Assembly (NCBI GenBank): GCA_043228905.1
Contig: JBHGNT010000006.1
Coordinates: 8,618,001 to 8,682,000, forward strand
Length of the DNA: 64,000 nucleotides
Direction of reading: 5' to 3'
Origin: Azolla caroliniana
Taxonomy: Eukaryota; Plantae; Polypodiophyta
This document shows, piece by piece, positions 12,980 to 25,164 of this stretch; the stretch's first letter is position 1, and the number at the start of each line of letters is the position of its first letter. The position numbers and the translations under genes are program-made. Under the pieces are notes generated by a model. It saw only the letters and a program-made list of their open reading frames with translations. It was not told where the DNA came from and searched no databases.

Positions 12980-14398
12980 ATCTAACATAGTGATAAGACA
13001 TTTTTCTCAACCCATACACCCAGATTTAAATCTCATTAATTTACTGGTGCGGGGTGTTTTTAGTAATCCATACATCCCCATCCGAATCTTCACTAATATA
13101 TACAATGCCACCAGAGAGTGTAAGGGTTGAACATATGACCCTCTGGTCTCCACTAGATAACAGTTATCAACCAAGCTTCTCTATCTCTGGCTGTTAGCTT
13201 GGTGGTTTACACAAGTAGCAACAAATACATATATTTGTGAGAACCTAAGTTCCACGTTCGCCATGGGTTCGTCCCATTCCACAGAATAATATCAGTTTCC
13301 TGGATGCCAAATAATATATCTATTTCTATCTCTTATCTACAAAACAGATTAGGATAGAATATTACAAGCGTCAAGACCTTACCAATGGTGTTCTACCATC
13401 GTAGTCAGGTTGAGATGGATCAAGTATTACATCTAACGCCTTCCGAAGGTTGATCGCATCACCTTGAGACGCAAATTCTCTTACATTGGCACTTGTTAGA
13501 GAATTCCCTGAAATTGCATCTTCTCTTTGGATCCCAAGCTTCTGTATTGCCATGGCCATCTCATACGCAGCAACAGCATATTGTCCAGATTGTATAGGAG
13601 TAAATATGTTGAGCAATTCCTGAAGAGTATTGCCTCTTAGCTTTTCTGCTTCTAGTAGAAGGTCAGATAAGCTAGCGAGTTTCGGTTCTATAGCTTCCTG
13701 TACGATTGAGAAATCATTGGATTCACTAGGTGGAGGGAACGATGCTGCCGCCTTGGTCATGTGATGATCTGGGAGTAGCATCTGTGATGAGGCAGGGTAT
13801 GATAGAATTAAGCTAAACACGAATGGATTCTGTTCATTTCAATTTTAAGATGAAGAACAATATAAGACCCAATACCAGAATGGATTGGTTACATATATAC
13901 CTGGACAACAGCAATCCGATTACACATAGAATCCTCGGCGACACTGAGCGTTTGCTGAAGAGAATGTAGGGCCGAGAGTTGATTGGCCGAGAGGGCGGCC
14001 ATGGTGGGCAATTCGATACCATGAATCAGACGAAGGAGCTCGTCCTCTATGTGCATGCCCATAAGTGAATAAGCAAGAACTATGGAAGTTGTGGGTCTCC
14101 ATCCACCCATCCAATTGAAGCTTGCTTCGAGAGGGCTCCTCCACATGCCCGCAAAAACAAAAGAAGCGTCTTCTCTGCATATCTTCATCTTCTCTTCCAT
14201 GTATTTCTTGTACCTGGAGTGGACATCTCTCACCATCTCTGATATGACCGCCGTGTTGTCCTCATTCTCGTGCTCCCCAGCAGGATGAAGGGATCTTGAG
14301 CTCTGCTCTTTGATGATGGAACGGAAGTCGCGGAACCGGACTTTCAAGTCTTCGAGCCATTCGGTGTAGAACTTCTCGAAGGCGAGGATGGAAGACAT
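11146..14398 (-). CDS. DOG1-domain protein with C-terminal ankyrin repeats (DOG1-like), 6 exons, 475 aa
   Basis: Exons 14398-13901, 13781-13383, 12651-12576, 12314-12217, 11933-11737, 11305-11146, all GT-AG and in phase (1428 nt). N-terminal FEKFYTEW..F.GMWRSPLEASFNWMGGWRP..LSANQL = DOG1 domain; C-terminal DYDGRTPLHLAAGNGH, DNFGITPLFEA, DYGDRTPLHIAA, DRHGITPLDAA = ankyrin repeats. Confidence 0.92.
12936..12977. repeat. (CT)n microsatellite in intron 2
   Basis: About 21 CT units. Confidence 0.95.
13110..13190 (-). mobile_element. Possible tRNA-derived SINE head in intron 2
   Basis: Minus strand CCAGAGA..AGCTTGGTTGATAAC (A-box-like)..GTTCAACCC (B-box-like)..TCTCTGG, with terminal 7-mers able to pair like an acceptor stem. 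Confidence 0.35.
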
Positions 14399-14471
14399 GG
14401 GTGGGGTTGGATTAGGGGATATGAGAAATAATTCAGAGGATGGGGGGAGGAGGAGGAGGAGGAGGAATGAA

Positions 14472-14675
14472 TCAGGAAGAAGAAGAAGAATGGATGGATG
14501 GATGGAAGAGAGGAAAAGTGAAGGAGGGTTTAGGGTTTAGGGTTTTTGGGTGATCTTTGGGGAGGGTGGAGGGACAGAGCATGGCCATGGCCATGGCCAG
14601 GGCGGCCACCGCCAGATCCGGATTCGGATTTGCAGCACAGCTGGAAGCATCCAGACCGTCCAAAAAGAACGACAT
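14472..14675 (-). other. Possible upstream ORF (67 aa) in the leader of the DOG1-like gene
   Basis: ATG 14675 to TGA 14472, ends 73 nt before the main ATG; TSS not known. Confidence 0.3.
14526..14545 (-). promoter_or_regulatory. Telo-box (AAACCCT repeats)
   Basis: GGGTTTAGGGTTTAGGGTTT in the 5' region of the DOG1-like gene. Confidence 0.5.
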
Positions 14676-14728
14676 TCTTCATCACACACACACACACACA
14701 GAGACAGAGACAGAGACAGCACCTCCCT

Positions 14729-14848
14729 CACACGTGGCCACCTGCTGCCTCTCTCTGCCTCATGCCAAGTGTCACCCTCTTACTCGTGTCCTATGTCCAC
14801 TCATCCGTCCGCCCGTCCATCAGGGCCCCGGATGGGAGCCACATGGCA
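14729..14848. promoter_or_regulatory. ABRE/G-box cluster upstream of the DOG1-like gene
   Basis: CACGTGGC 14731-14738 plus related GCCAAGTGTC, TCGTGTC and GCCACATGGC within 120 bp. Confidence 0.55.
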
Positions 14849-16529
14849 AGCCATCACATTATGTACTTGCACCTTCTGTAAGCATACCCCATGTCCCCCC
14901 TACCCAAACAGTGGAGAGTAGGTCAGAGAGCAGAAACACATGTCATGCTCTCGTATTTACATGGCATGCTTCCGTAATTCGGAATATGCCAGTTACTCTT
15001 TGTGTTCTTGTCGTCACATGTTGCGGAGGAGGTCTTGTATTGTTATAAGTGATAATAGTGATAATCCAAGTCATTTCAGTGATATTAGAACTTGCTTTAG
15101 TAATTAGTCTACGTGTAAGTTGCCTAGGGTTGGTTGTTTGACGCCCACTCTTGCTCCTATCAATGACACAAAGGGTGTACATATATGTTTAGCTGTACAT
15201 CCTTGCTCAACGACCTCAACATGGTTATGAAGGAGAGCTGCCTAATTAAGGAATGGCCTTCGCTAAGGGTATGAAAAGATGGTACATATTTGGCATTGTC
15301 GTTCAGGAATAGGCCTCCTACATGCCCTCTTGATTCACCATCCCGCTAAGCGTAGCAAAATGTCACCAACGGTTACTTTCTTGGGACCAAGTACAGAAAA
15401 AAAGGTTTTTGCATTGCAAATTATAGCCAATACATGGTATATATGTCGTTACCTTGAACTCGAGGTTAATCAAACTGTAGCGAGTTTAAGCTCTCCCAAA
15501 ACAAGTTCTTTTTCTACTTTTATAGGTTTCTATGATCCCACTCACCAAATAGTCACTTTATTTTTTTATAACACTTGGACCTCGATACTCAACTCTCACA
15601 AAGAGTGTATCGTTGTTTTCCTTTTTAGAAGATTCAAACTGTACACCTTATTGTTTCAAGAGTTCTTTGTTACAAGTTAATTTACATGTATTTCTTGGTT
15701 TAAACCTCTTCTAAAACCCATTTACTAACTTCTTTGAAGATAATCCTAGCCTATTATAGAACTTAGCTTTTAGGTGCTTTTTTGCATTGCCCATGCCAAG
15801 TCACGACACCATGTTCCTTATTTACCCATTGCATTCCCCATCAATAGCAAGGAATAGTTCTAACTCACAACCCTCCACTTGACATAGAATACCTCTAGTG
15901 TCTGTCATGGTCAATTCGTCAATGTTTGGCTAGTTCATCTTATACTCCTCAAATCCCCTTTATTCCTCTTTTCATCTCCCATTAGCAATGATTTCAACTA
16001 CTCGAATCCCTCCCAAACCCTGACAACCCTCCAATCCCCCTTTCTTCTACCACCTTTCTCGCCCCTTTAGTTTGAATCTTTACGCAATACACTTGTGCAC
16101 TCACTAGGTTCGGGAAGATGGTAAGTACTTACTACATGTAGCATGATCCAATACACTAACATTGCCATTGTTATTAAAAACTACATGTGGAACCAAGAGA
16201 AAGGGAAAACAACAAACTTATCTCTAGATCTTTAAGCCTAAAGTTCCCTTGTGAAATGGGACAATCGCTTTGTAAAAGAGCTCTGTCACTTTACTGTTTT
16301 TATGCTTCTTCTTCTTCTTCAACCTTGAGTTTCCTTTTCCACTTAAAGTAACTAAGGTAGGTAATTAATGTCAAGTGCTATTAAACGAAACATTAATTTT
16401 TTATTTTTAGTAGCATGTTTATTACTAGTAGGAAACCTCAAAGTGAGGTGAAAACCCATAAAGAATAAAGAAATATATATAAGTGTCAATTAGACACTAA
16501 AGATCTTAAACGCACTCAAAGTAAAGATT

Positions 16530-19500
16530 GTAAATTTGCAGTCACATATGTTGAGAGAGGAACAAGGTCAGTGGTTTAATATGCAAAACTCATTGGATTG
16601 GGTTGATTTATGGCAAATGACACACCCACATGTTCCTGGTTTTACCTTTCATCACACCACCCACTTCGCATACTATGCAAGGCTTGATAGATGGTATTTG
16701 TTGCATGATAGTCAGTATGAAAATTTCACATGTACAATGCATATAATCATGCTTTGCAATTGTTAGATCATGCTCTTGTCTACCTAGACCTTCATTTTGG
16801 GAATCATTCCTATGAAGTGCATCTCCAAAGTAAGAGACTTATGCTCATTAACAGCAGTTACCTCAAGCATGAAGTCTTCAAGAGGATGGTCTATGACATA
16901 ATACCTCCTCTTTATGTAGAAGTCAACATAGATGTTGATATAGCGTGGGTACATTTTGTACATAGATTACAAACAATAATACAAGAGTATGGGAAGTGGT
17001 ATGTCTCAAGATAGAGCGATTACACTCAACAAAGCCGAATTTACTTGTCAAGCCCTAACGTAGTTAGCACATAGAAGATCTTTGACTTTACATGAAGAGG
17101 ATGCATTGTGTATGGCCAAACACACATTGATGCTACATGACAAAAATAAATTGGAAAAATGGCAAGTTAGATCAAGATAGTTTCCATTGAAAGACAAAGG
17201 ATGCTCTTCTAAATCCTTCAGAATCTTCAAAAGGTTGCATCTAATACACCAAAAGGAATCTATTAAATTCATCAAAACTAGTGATGGTTTGTGGACTACA
17301 AACCAACTTGAACTAGCCAAGGAATGTGTAACTTACTTCTCTCACATCATTGAGAACAATGTAGTTGTTACAGATGCAGTTAAACAGGCCAAAGATACAT
17401 TCTTGTCACTAGTTCAACCCACTATTTGTGTTGATAAAGTTATTGCTTTGGATGCAACGTTCACAATGGCAGAGCTTTTGGAGGCTCAGAAGGGCTGGGA
17501 TGGTATTACGTTAGAGTTCATTGTAGAATTTTGGTATGTCCTTATGGATTTAATCCTATTTATGGAAAATAATGTTTGGCAACAATGGGATATGCCAATC
17601 TCATGGAAAGAAGGTTTGGTCAAATTAATACCTCAAAAAAAACTGTGTGAATCTTTTTTGGATTGATGACCAATCACTCTCATGCCATTTATCTATAAAC
17701 TTATTGCAAAGATAATGGCTAGTCGTATTAAGGGCACCTTGTTGGGAGGCATCCACATAAACTAGTACATGTTCATTCCCAAAGGCAAATTATAGATAAT
17801 ATTGCTAATGCCTATATTGGAATGGAGTATACCAAATACACCAAAGAATATGTATTGCTCATGCAAATTGACATTGAGAAGGCCTTTGATACCATTCAAT
17901 GGGATTTTGTGGCAGCCACAATGGTCAATCTAGGATTTGGTTCGAAAATGTCTCAAGTAATCTATTGGCTTTATGGGTCTAGCACATCTTCATGCATTAT
18001 TGAGGGTGAATTGACACATTCATGGAGCTTAGCCAAACCAGTACGACAAGGTTGTCCTGTAAGTGCATTGTTGTATGCAATCGCAACTCATCCACTACTA
18101 TTGTACATGGATCATCTAGTATTAATTGGTCAACTTCATGGTTTGCAAATGAAAGACAGACATGATTATGTGGCTCAAGCATATGCAGATGATACATCAT
18201 TCTTGTCACAAAACAATCCAAATGATATGAGGGTGATTATGGATGCCCTCAAATTGTATGGATTAGTTGCTGGATTGCATGTTAACTTCAACAAGTCCAA
18301 ACTTCTACCCTTGACACCATATAGTTGGCATCAACTTTTGTGGCCAAGTCAAGTTGTTAGCCCAAATGAAATGGTTAAACATATTGGCTATTCATTGGGA
18401 TGGAATGCTGAATGGGTTCTGCAAAAAGTGAGACAAAAGCTATGCTATTGGAAGATTGCAACATGGCCACTCCATGTTAGATTACGGATAGTGCAATCAA
18501 TATTCCTGGCTTACATGCAATATTACTTAATTATAATTGATTGGCCGAAACACATGATACAAAAGATTAGCTCAAAAATTATAAGCAGCTTTTGGTGCTC
18601 TAAGCAGTCACATAGAGGTATACGACTCCTATCATTAGAGAAGATATGCACTCCAATGATTGAGTGGAGGGCTAAATATTCTTAATTTGCATTTGCATAT
18701 GTTGGCTAGAAAAGCTACTTTATTCCCAAATTTTGCTGAACAAACATTGCCTTGGGCAAGAATGCTATATGATATGTTTGATCATTAAATGAAAACCAAG
18801 TCATTTGGCGCCTGGGATACTAACCATTGGGATGTAGTGTTTGGAAAGCTTTACAGCACATCAAAGGATGACCGTTTAGCTCAACGCTTCTAAAGCACTA
18901 GAAGGAAGTATTGCACCACATAAAATGGAGAGGTAGGAATTCAGAATCAGGGAACTCTTTACGCCTCGAAAGATTACACTGGAGTGCTATATTCCCATAG
19001 TCACTAGCTGAACAAGAGCCTAGGAAAGCTTTCTTTTTACCAAAGAAGGGGCTGAAATCAATTGCAAATGTGGTAAATGACCAAGGTCACTTATTGCACT
19101 TCAATGACATGACATGTTGTTATAGTTTTGTGCCACATCATCGTGTTATCTGGAATCAAGTCACAGAGTTGGTACTTTCCTTAGTACATGTGCCACCTCT
19201 TGATGGAGATCGTAGGATTCAGGATTGGATGTTACAAAAAGGGGACATTGTTATTCTAATGCATAACATTACAACACATTCAGTGACATTTGAAACAACA
19301 TTAGTATATGTTGTTGCAACTTGCCCCATGGTTTCACGAACATGCAAATGCATTATGGAACCTACACAAAACGCAATCATGGTGGAAAAACAGGCTTACA
19401 AGCTTATGGAGCTCTGGTCTTCCACTTAAGCAACGGGTATTCCTATGGAGATGCCTATTGGGTGTGCTCCAGACTGGGTCGAATCTTCAAAAGAGATCGA

Positions 19501-20050
19501 TAGCCTCACCGCATTGTGCAAGATGTGGTGGACGATTGGAAATGGTTCCACAATTATTATGGACTTGTTTATTCACAACAACATTTGTACAAAGACTAAG
19601 TGCATCTCTTTATCACAGATTTCCTGGCCGAATGTTTGGCAAACACTTTTGGATATTTGGACAAATTCTGTGCGCCCTATCCAACAATGCCTATTTTCTC
19701 CAATTGACACGATTTTGGGCACTCTGGACCATTTGGACAGCCCGCAATAATAAGGTCTTTGATGGAAACCAATTGCATGAAGTTAACTTCTTTAAGCAAT
19801 CCCTCAGGAAATATCTATTTGATTGTCTGCAACTAAGAGAAACGAAACATTAATTACGCCCTCACTTGTATGTGTTGTGGTAACCTAGTAATCAATGTGT
19901 GGTTAAGTTGTATTGCTAATGCTCAAGCCTCGAGAAGGCATTAGATAAATAATTTATATTAAGGTTGTTTTGTGAGAGAAGTGAGTGAGAGTTATTGTAG
20001 TGTGCACAAAGTTTGTGTTGTGAAAAGTGCCTTCTTCATCTTTATTATTT
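16530..20050 (+). mobile_element. 5'-truncated degenerate LINE (ORF2)
   Basis: GFTF..ARLDRWY and DHALV (endonuclease end), QIDIEKAFDTIQW, VRQGCPVSALLY, QAYADD (RT), RVFLWR..CARC..LLWTC (zf-RVT), WTIWTARNNKVF; multiple stops. Confidence 0.9.
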
Positions 20051-22635
20051 GCACAAACTTCTTGGTTCAATTGTGCCCGACCACATTCCATTGTCTATAA
20101 CTCAGCTTGGGCACCAACTACGGCATGGGATGTGAAATGCTCCTCTCCTCATGGTATCACTCACATACCAAGGACCAAGTGGAATGCAACAGCCAAGTAT
20201 TGACGCAGTACCTATGACAAGTATTAAAATATGACCAAGCCAAATTGGCCAAACAACAATGATCACAAGTTGATTGGCATTTCACCATTCATGGCCAATT
20301 ATGGTTCCATCCACGCTCATTGATGGCACAACCATCCCTATGCAATCCGCATGAACCTCAGTATCACAAATAGTTAGATCATAGCATAAAGGAGGCATGA
20401 AATGTGAGATAAGAGACAATATATTGAGAGACAAGAGATAATATAGAGGCAAGAGAAGATATTGAGAGAGAAAGAATGAATTTCACTTATGATTATGTAA
20501 CCAATGTTGTTTACCTTTATTGGTATCAAGATGAACAAACGTATTTATACATGTTATCGAGCACTACGTGTGTAGAGACTTTAGATGACCATATCCAACA
20601 AACTACACAACCCACGACTCTAGGTATAGACCTAGAACTCAACGAAGCAATAAAGTCCAGTTTGAAGTTAGACTCAAATTTAGAGATAGCCTCGGAACCA
20701 GTCTCCAAGCCACAACCAACCCCAATGCATTGTTACCCAAAGAAAACAGAGAAATTAAATTGTGATGGGTTCCGAAAATTTGCTCGTGTGATTAACCGTC
20801 AACAAACATTGCACACCTACCTCATGACCCGGCCTCTTCACAGATGCCAAATAAACTAAAAAGTGGGTTAATGCGCGCAATTTCATAACTAAAGGGAAGG
20901 ATAAGGGCATTCAAGCCATGTGGCATGTTAGAAAGCAACTGACTCAAGGGTGGCACAAGGGGACGACCCAAATTCGAGTACACTGACCAACTAAGCATAC
21001 CAAAGGAAAAATGTGAAACTTGTGCAAGTCATAAACATTGGATCACAATGAAAAATTGCCTCATCAAAAACCTCTATGTGTAGTTGAAAAATGAGTGTTC
21101 AAACATGTCGTTCTCCCCTCTAGAAAACATGGTAAAGGATGGATGGTCTGAAGACACCTATGAACGAAACTAACGCCACTAACTTCTATTCAAGGGCAAC
21201 TCACTGACACCAACACCACAACTAAGAGTCCCCACAAAGTCACCTAGGTTGAACCACCTAGGTGTACACAACCACGGTATTTTGATTTAACCACCCACCA
21301 TTTTGGTCTAAGTGACTTAATGACTCTATGTAGAATTCAAGATAACTTAGTTCCATAGACATAAAGTTGTGTATATGTATGTGTTGTTTCTCGCCTTCAG
21401 CCTCAAGTGTGCACCTCTTGTTGCACCTATGCCTCCTAAAGTTGTGTATAAGTGTTTTTTTTTTGTTGTTTCTCGTCTTGAGCCTTGAGTGTGCACCTCT
21501 TACTCTACACCTCACATCCTATCAAATCTTCATCCATCTTTATACCCGTCTCTAGCTTCACCTCCACCTCCATCTTCACCACCATTTTCATCTACATATC
21601 CTCATGCTCTGCCTTCACTATTGTCTTCAGCTCCAACTTCAAATAATTACTACTATTTCACGTTAATGATGTTAGATCAAACTAAACTAGAGGAAATATT
21701 ATGATAAATCAAATTTTGTATGTCTACTTTCTCTCTCTCGTATAAATAGATGATAGTTTATATTATCAAAAGCAAAGGACCCACTCCATTGCATATGAAA
21801 TGGACCAATAAATTGGAGATGGGAACCATGCACCGAAATTTGATCAAATAATTTAGTGTTGATTTATAAATTTGGCCAATCCTGTGCCATAGTCACATTT
21901 GGAGATTATTAAGTCCATTGACCTTCTTAATATACCAATACACTTAATACATGGAATATCATTGATGTTAATGTCTCATATTGTAGTTAATTACCTCTAC
22001 TTTGTGGTTGATCTTTCCACCAATTGTTAAAAACTCTATATGAAGCTCATTGCATGTTATGATTATCCAATTGAACTCATAAACATTTAACCTTGATCTT
22101 GATTCTACCATTATGTGTTTTATCTAGTGCCCACTAACACTAGCCATCACTTGCAATATTATTCATGTTAGCATAGCACATTATGGAATTTAGATTATTT
22201 TTTTCCTTGCCATGTGAAGCAAGTGCTCTAGAGAGATTCAATTCTGCAAACAATCAATAAGAGAGAAAGAGCAACATACAGCAATCATTGTTAGACGATC
22301 AGAAGGAGCAAATCACCAAAGTTTTTGAGTTTTGGAAAAGATCTGGTGATGCTGGGTTAGGCCTTTGCAGTTAGGCAGACGTTTGAAAAGAGGAGTCAGG
22401 TAATTTGGCGGTTGGAAGCATGAAGTGGTGATCTAGACTTTACAAAAATGGTTCTAACACAAGTGCCTACTGATTGGGGGAAGTTAGGGTTTCGATTTAG
22501 GAACATCTAGAGATCGTGAGCCATGAGTTATGTTGCTCATTACTCATGTGTTTAGGTTTTGTCAAAAAAAGGTATATTTTCTGGTGATTGATCATTGAGT
22601 AGATATTTGCATTTGCCCCAATTAAGATTAGGGTT

Positions 22636-24225
22636 TTATGGGTTCCGAGCTCGGAGGAATTTGACAGCGACATAGAGGCCACTCGCGAGAGCACCGGTGG
22701 CAACGGTGGCAGGCACGATGTTAGAGGACGAGGCTCGACGGCTCGGTGGCGGAGGTGGAGGTGGAGGCGGAGGCGGCGGTGGTGGTGGTGGAGATGGAGG
22801 TGGAGATGGAGATGGAGGAGACAGAGATTTCTTCAATGCACTACTGATTGTGCCGAGCTCAGAGAACAGATGTAGCGTGGTCGCTTGGCTTGATTCCGCA
22901 GAGCTTTTCGCAGATTGCAACGCGACCTCTAGCACTGCCACTTTCTCCTTCCACTCTGAGAGCTCCTTCTCCACCCTCTCTAACCCTCTAGAGAACGCGA
23001 TCGTCATCTTCTCGAACTCACCCGAGGTCTCGTTGAAGATAACCAGAGATCGAGTTTGTGATTGCGATTGTGGTTGCGATTGCGATTGTGATTGTGATTG
23101 TGATTCCTGTTCTGATGATGCATCATTGCCCTCCCCCTCCTGATAAGCGATTATGGAAGCATGATCTGTCTGTCTCCTTCTCTGCTTTTCTTCCACCTCC
23201 TCTTTAAGCCTCTCCCACTTGATCTTCGCTTCTCTCCCCTCTCTCACCGCCCTCTCTACGTCCTCACTCAGATGCTTTAGCTCCGCCTCATACTCCTCCA
23301 CAGCTTCTTCTAATTCCATCACTCTCTGTGCATCTCTCTTCGCCCTCCTCTTCATCTCTTCCAATTCCTTCTTCAAATCCTCTTCTATCTCAAGCTCCTT
23401 CACCGGAATCTCAGAAGCCATCTCGAGAGCCATTTCAATGGCCATCTCATCTTCAACCCTTTCCTTCTGCTCAGCCTCCTTCATCCTTTCTAGCTCTTTG
23501 TAAACCGCTTCATTCTCCACCTTATACCTCTGCACTTCCCTTAACAACTCTTCCTTCTCGGATCTCACCATGTCAATCTGCTTTTGCATCACCTCCTTAC
23601 TCTCGAGTTTTGCCATTTCTTTTCGAAGCTCGGTTTCTTGCTCTTTCCGAACCTCCGCTTCTTTCTGCAGAGCCTCGATCTGAGCTCTGAGCCCTCGAAT
23701 CTCCATATCTTTCTCTTTTATCTGTAGTTGCAAGCTTGAGTTCTCATCCGAAAGGAGCTTACTAAGCTCGCAGAGCTTCTCCACATCTTGGTCTAGGGAT
23801 GTCATTTTCGCTCTCGATTCCGCGGCCACGAAATCCGATTCCGCGACCTTGGCCTCAGATTCGGCGAGATCCATTTTGGTCTGAGCCAGGGTAGCATCCA
23901 TCTCTCGTTTCGATTTCCGGAGCGAAGAATTCTCGGACGAGAGGAAGTCGATCTTTTTCTTGAGGCAAGAGATCTCTTCTTTGAGGGGAGATGATTGGGG
24001 GGGCGGGACGAAGAAATTGTTGAGGCTGATCTTCTTCCCGGTGTCGGCAGTGGCATTAACCGAGTGAATGGAGTTAGCAGAATTGAAGGTCTCGATCCGA
24101 TGGTTGTTCGTGCTGCTGCTGCCACCGCGGTGGTTGAAAGGGGAGCGGGTGCGGTGGTGCCTCTGAGATGGAGGGCTCCACTCCTGTAAGAGTCGGATCC
24201 GCTCGCTTACATTCTCCAAAGTCAT
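22636..24225 (-). CDS. Long coiled-coil protein with poly-Pro linker and C-terminal transmembrane tail anchor (about 529 aa)
   Basis: Uninterrupted 1.6-kb ORF with E/K-rich heptads, (SQ)n and P-rich tracts, ending IVPATVATGALASGLYVAVKFL-RARNP*; ATG 24225 lies just after an acceptor-like TTGGATCTGCAG, so an upstream exon is possible. Confidence 0.8.
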   Translation of the reverse strand: MTLENVSERIRLLQEWSPPSQRHHRTRSPFNHRGGSSSTNNHRIETFNSANSIHSVNATADTGKKISLNNFFVPPPQSSPLKEEISCLKKKIDFLSSENSSLRKSKREMDATLAQTKMDLAESEAKVAESDFVAAESRAKMTSLDQDVEKLCELSKLLSDENSSLQLQIKEKDMEIRGLRAQIEALQKEAEVRKEQETELRKEMAKLESKEVMQKQIDMVRSEKEELLREVQRYKVENEAVYKELERMKEAEQKERVEDEMAIEMALEMASEIPVKELEIEEDLKKELEEMKRRAKRDAQRVMELEEAVEEYEAELKHLSEDVERAVREGREAKIKWERLKEEVEEKQRRRQTDHASIIAYQEGEGNDASSEQESQSQSQSQSQPQSQSQTRSLVIFNETSGEFEKMTIAFSRGLERVEKELSEWKEKVAVLEVALQSAKSSAESSQATTLHLFSELGTISSALKKSLSPPSPSPPPSPPPPPPPPPPPPPPPPSRRASSSNIVPATVATGALASGLYVAVKFLRARNP

Positions 24226-24322
24226 TCTCTGCAGATCCAAAAAACAAAACACTTCCTCTCTAAACAAATTCTTCTTCTAATTCAGGCAGTCGCCGTCTCG
24301 ATCTAAACCACTCATCTCTGTT

Positions 24323-24458
24323 TCTTCTTCTTCTTCTTCTTCTTCTTCTTCTTCTTTCTCAATCAGTCAGTGTGTTATGTGTTCTTCTCTATCTGTATGT
24401 ATGTATGTATGTATGTATGTATGTATGTATGTATGTATCTTCTTCTTCTTCTTCTTCT
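24323..24458. repeat. Compound microsatellites (TTC)n, (TATG)n, (TTC)n
   Basis: Directly visible. Confidence 0.9.
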
Positions 24459-25164
24459 CAGTGCATCCCCTTCTGATTCAGGTTCTCTCCCTCTTTCATC
24501 CTCCTTGTTCCAGCCTTCCTATGAACAGAATCGAGTCTGTTCCTTCTTATTTCCTGCGCTTTCTTCTTCTTCTTCTTCTCAGGTCTTTCTACATGCTCTC
24601 AACTCCTCCGCCGTCTTCTGTTCATCATCTAAATGGAGATCTCTTCCTTCCCCTGGGCATGTCCAGCCATAGCCATTTTCCTACATCCAGTGTCTGCATC
24701 AGTTTCTGTCTAGCACCAAAGGCTACGGCTATGGCTATGGCTATGGCTATGGCAGCAACACAGAGGAATAATCCGAGCACATTACATGAATCCTTCCTGC
24801 TCTGCTCCTGCTCCTCCTCCTACCCGCCATGGACGAAATCCGTGGATAACAAAAACAAAACAAAAAAAAGACAGGTATTATACGTATGTATGTAATGTAT
24901 GTGTTCAACATAATCTGTTCCTGAAACAATAACTGACACGCCTTCGAAGGAAAGGAAGAACACCCGCCAAAAACTAAATCTCTATAAACTACTCTATCTA
25001 CTAACTCTCTAAACTTAACGAAACTCTTAATAAATAAACTAAATCTCTAAACTAAACTAAGGACTTCAGCCTCTTTCTCACAAAAGCACCAATGGCATCT
25101 CAATCGCGCCCCAACAGCCTGAGCCTAGCACCACCAGAAGCCAACCCATTCTGGATTAAGCCAA

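Noticed and set aside
20100-22200. Possible decayed DNA-transposon or gene remnant (ORF 20476-20859)
   Set aside because: No catalytic motif, TIR or TSD could be identified by eye
22697-23690. Plus-strand Gly/Ser-rich ORFs
   Set aside because: Antisense shadows of the coiled-coil gene's low-complexity codons
24721-24752. (GGCTAT)n upstream of the coiled-coil gene resembling (GGCCAT)n upstream of the DOG1-like gene
   Set aside because: Short simple repeats; the resemblance is likely coincidental
24226-24929. 5' extension or additional coding exons for the coiled-coil gene, and plus-strand ORFs
   Set aside because: Extension starts at TTG and contains an acceptor-like site; the other ORFs are microsatellite-driven; no convincing donor found
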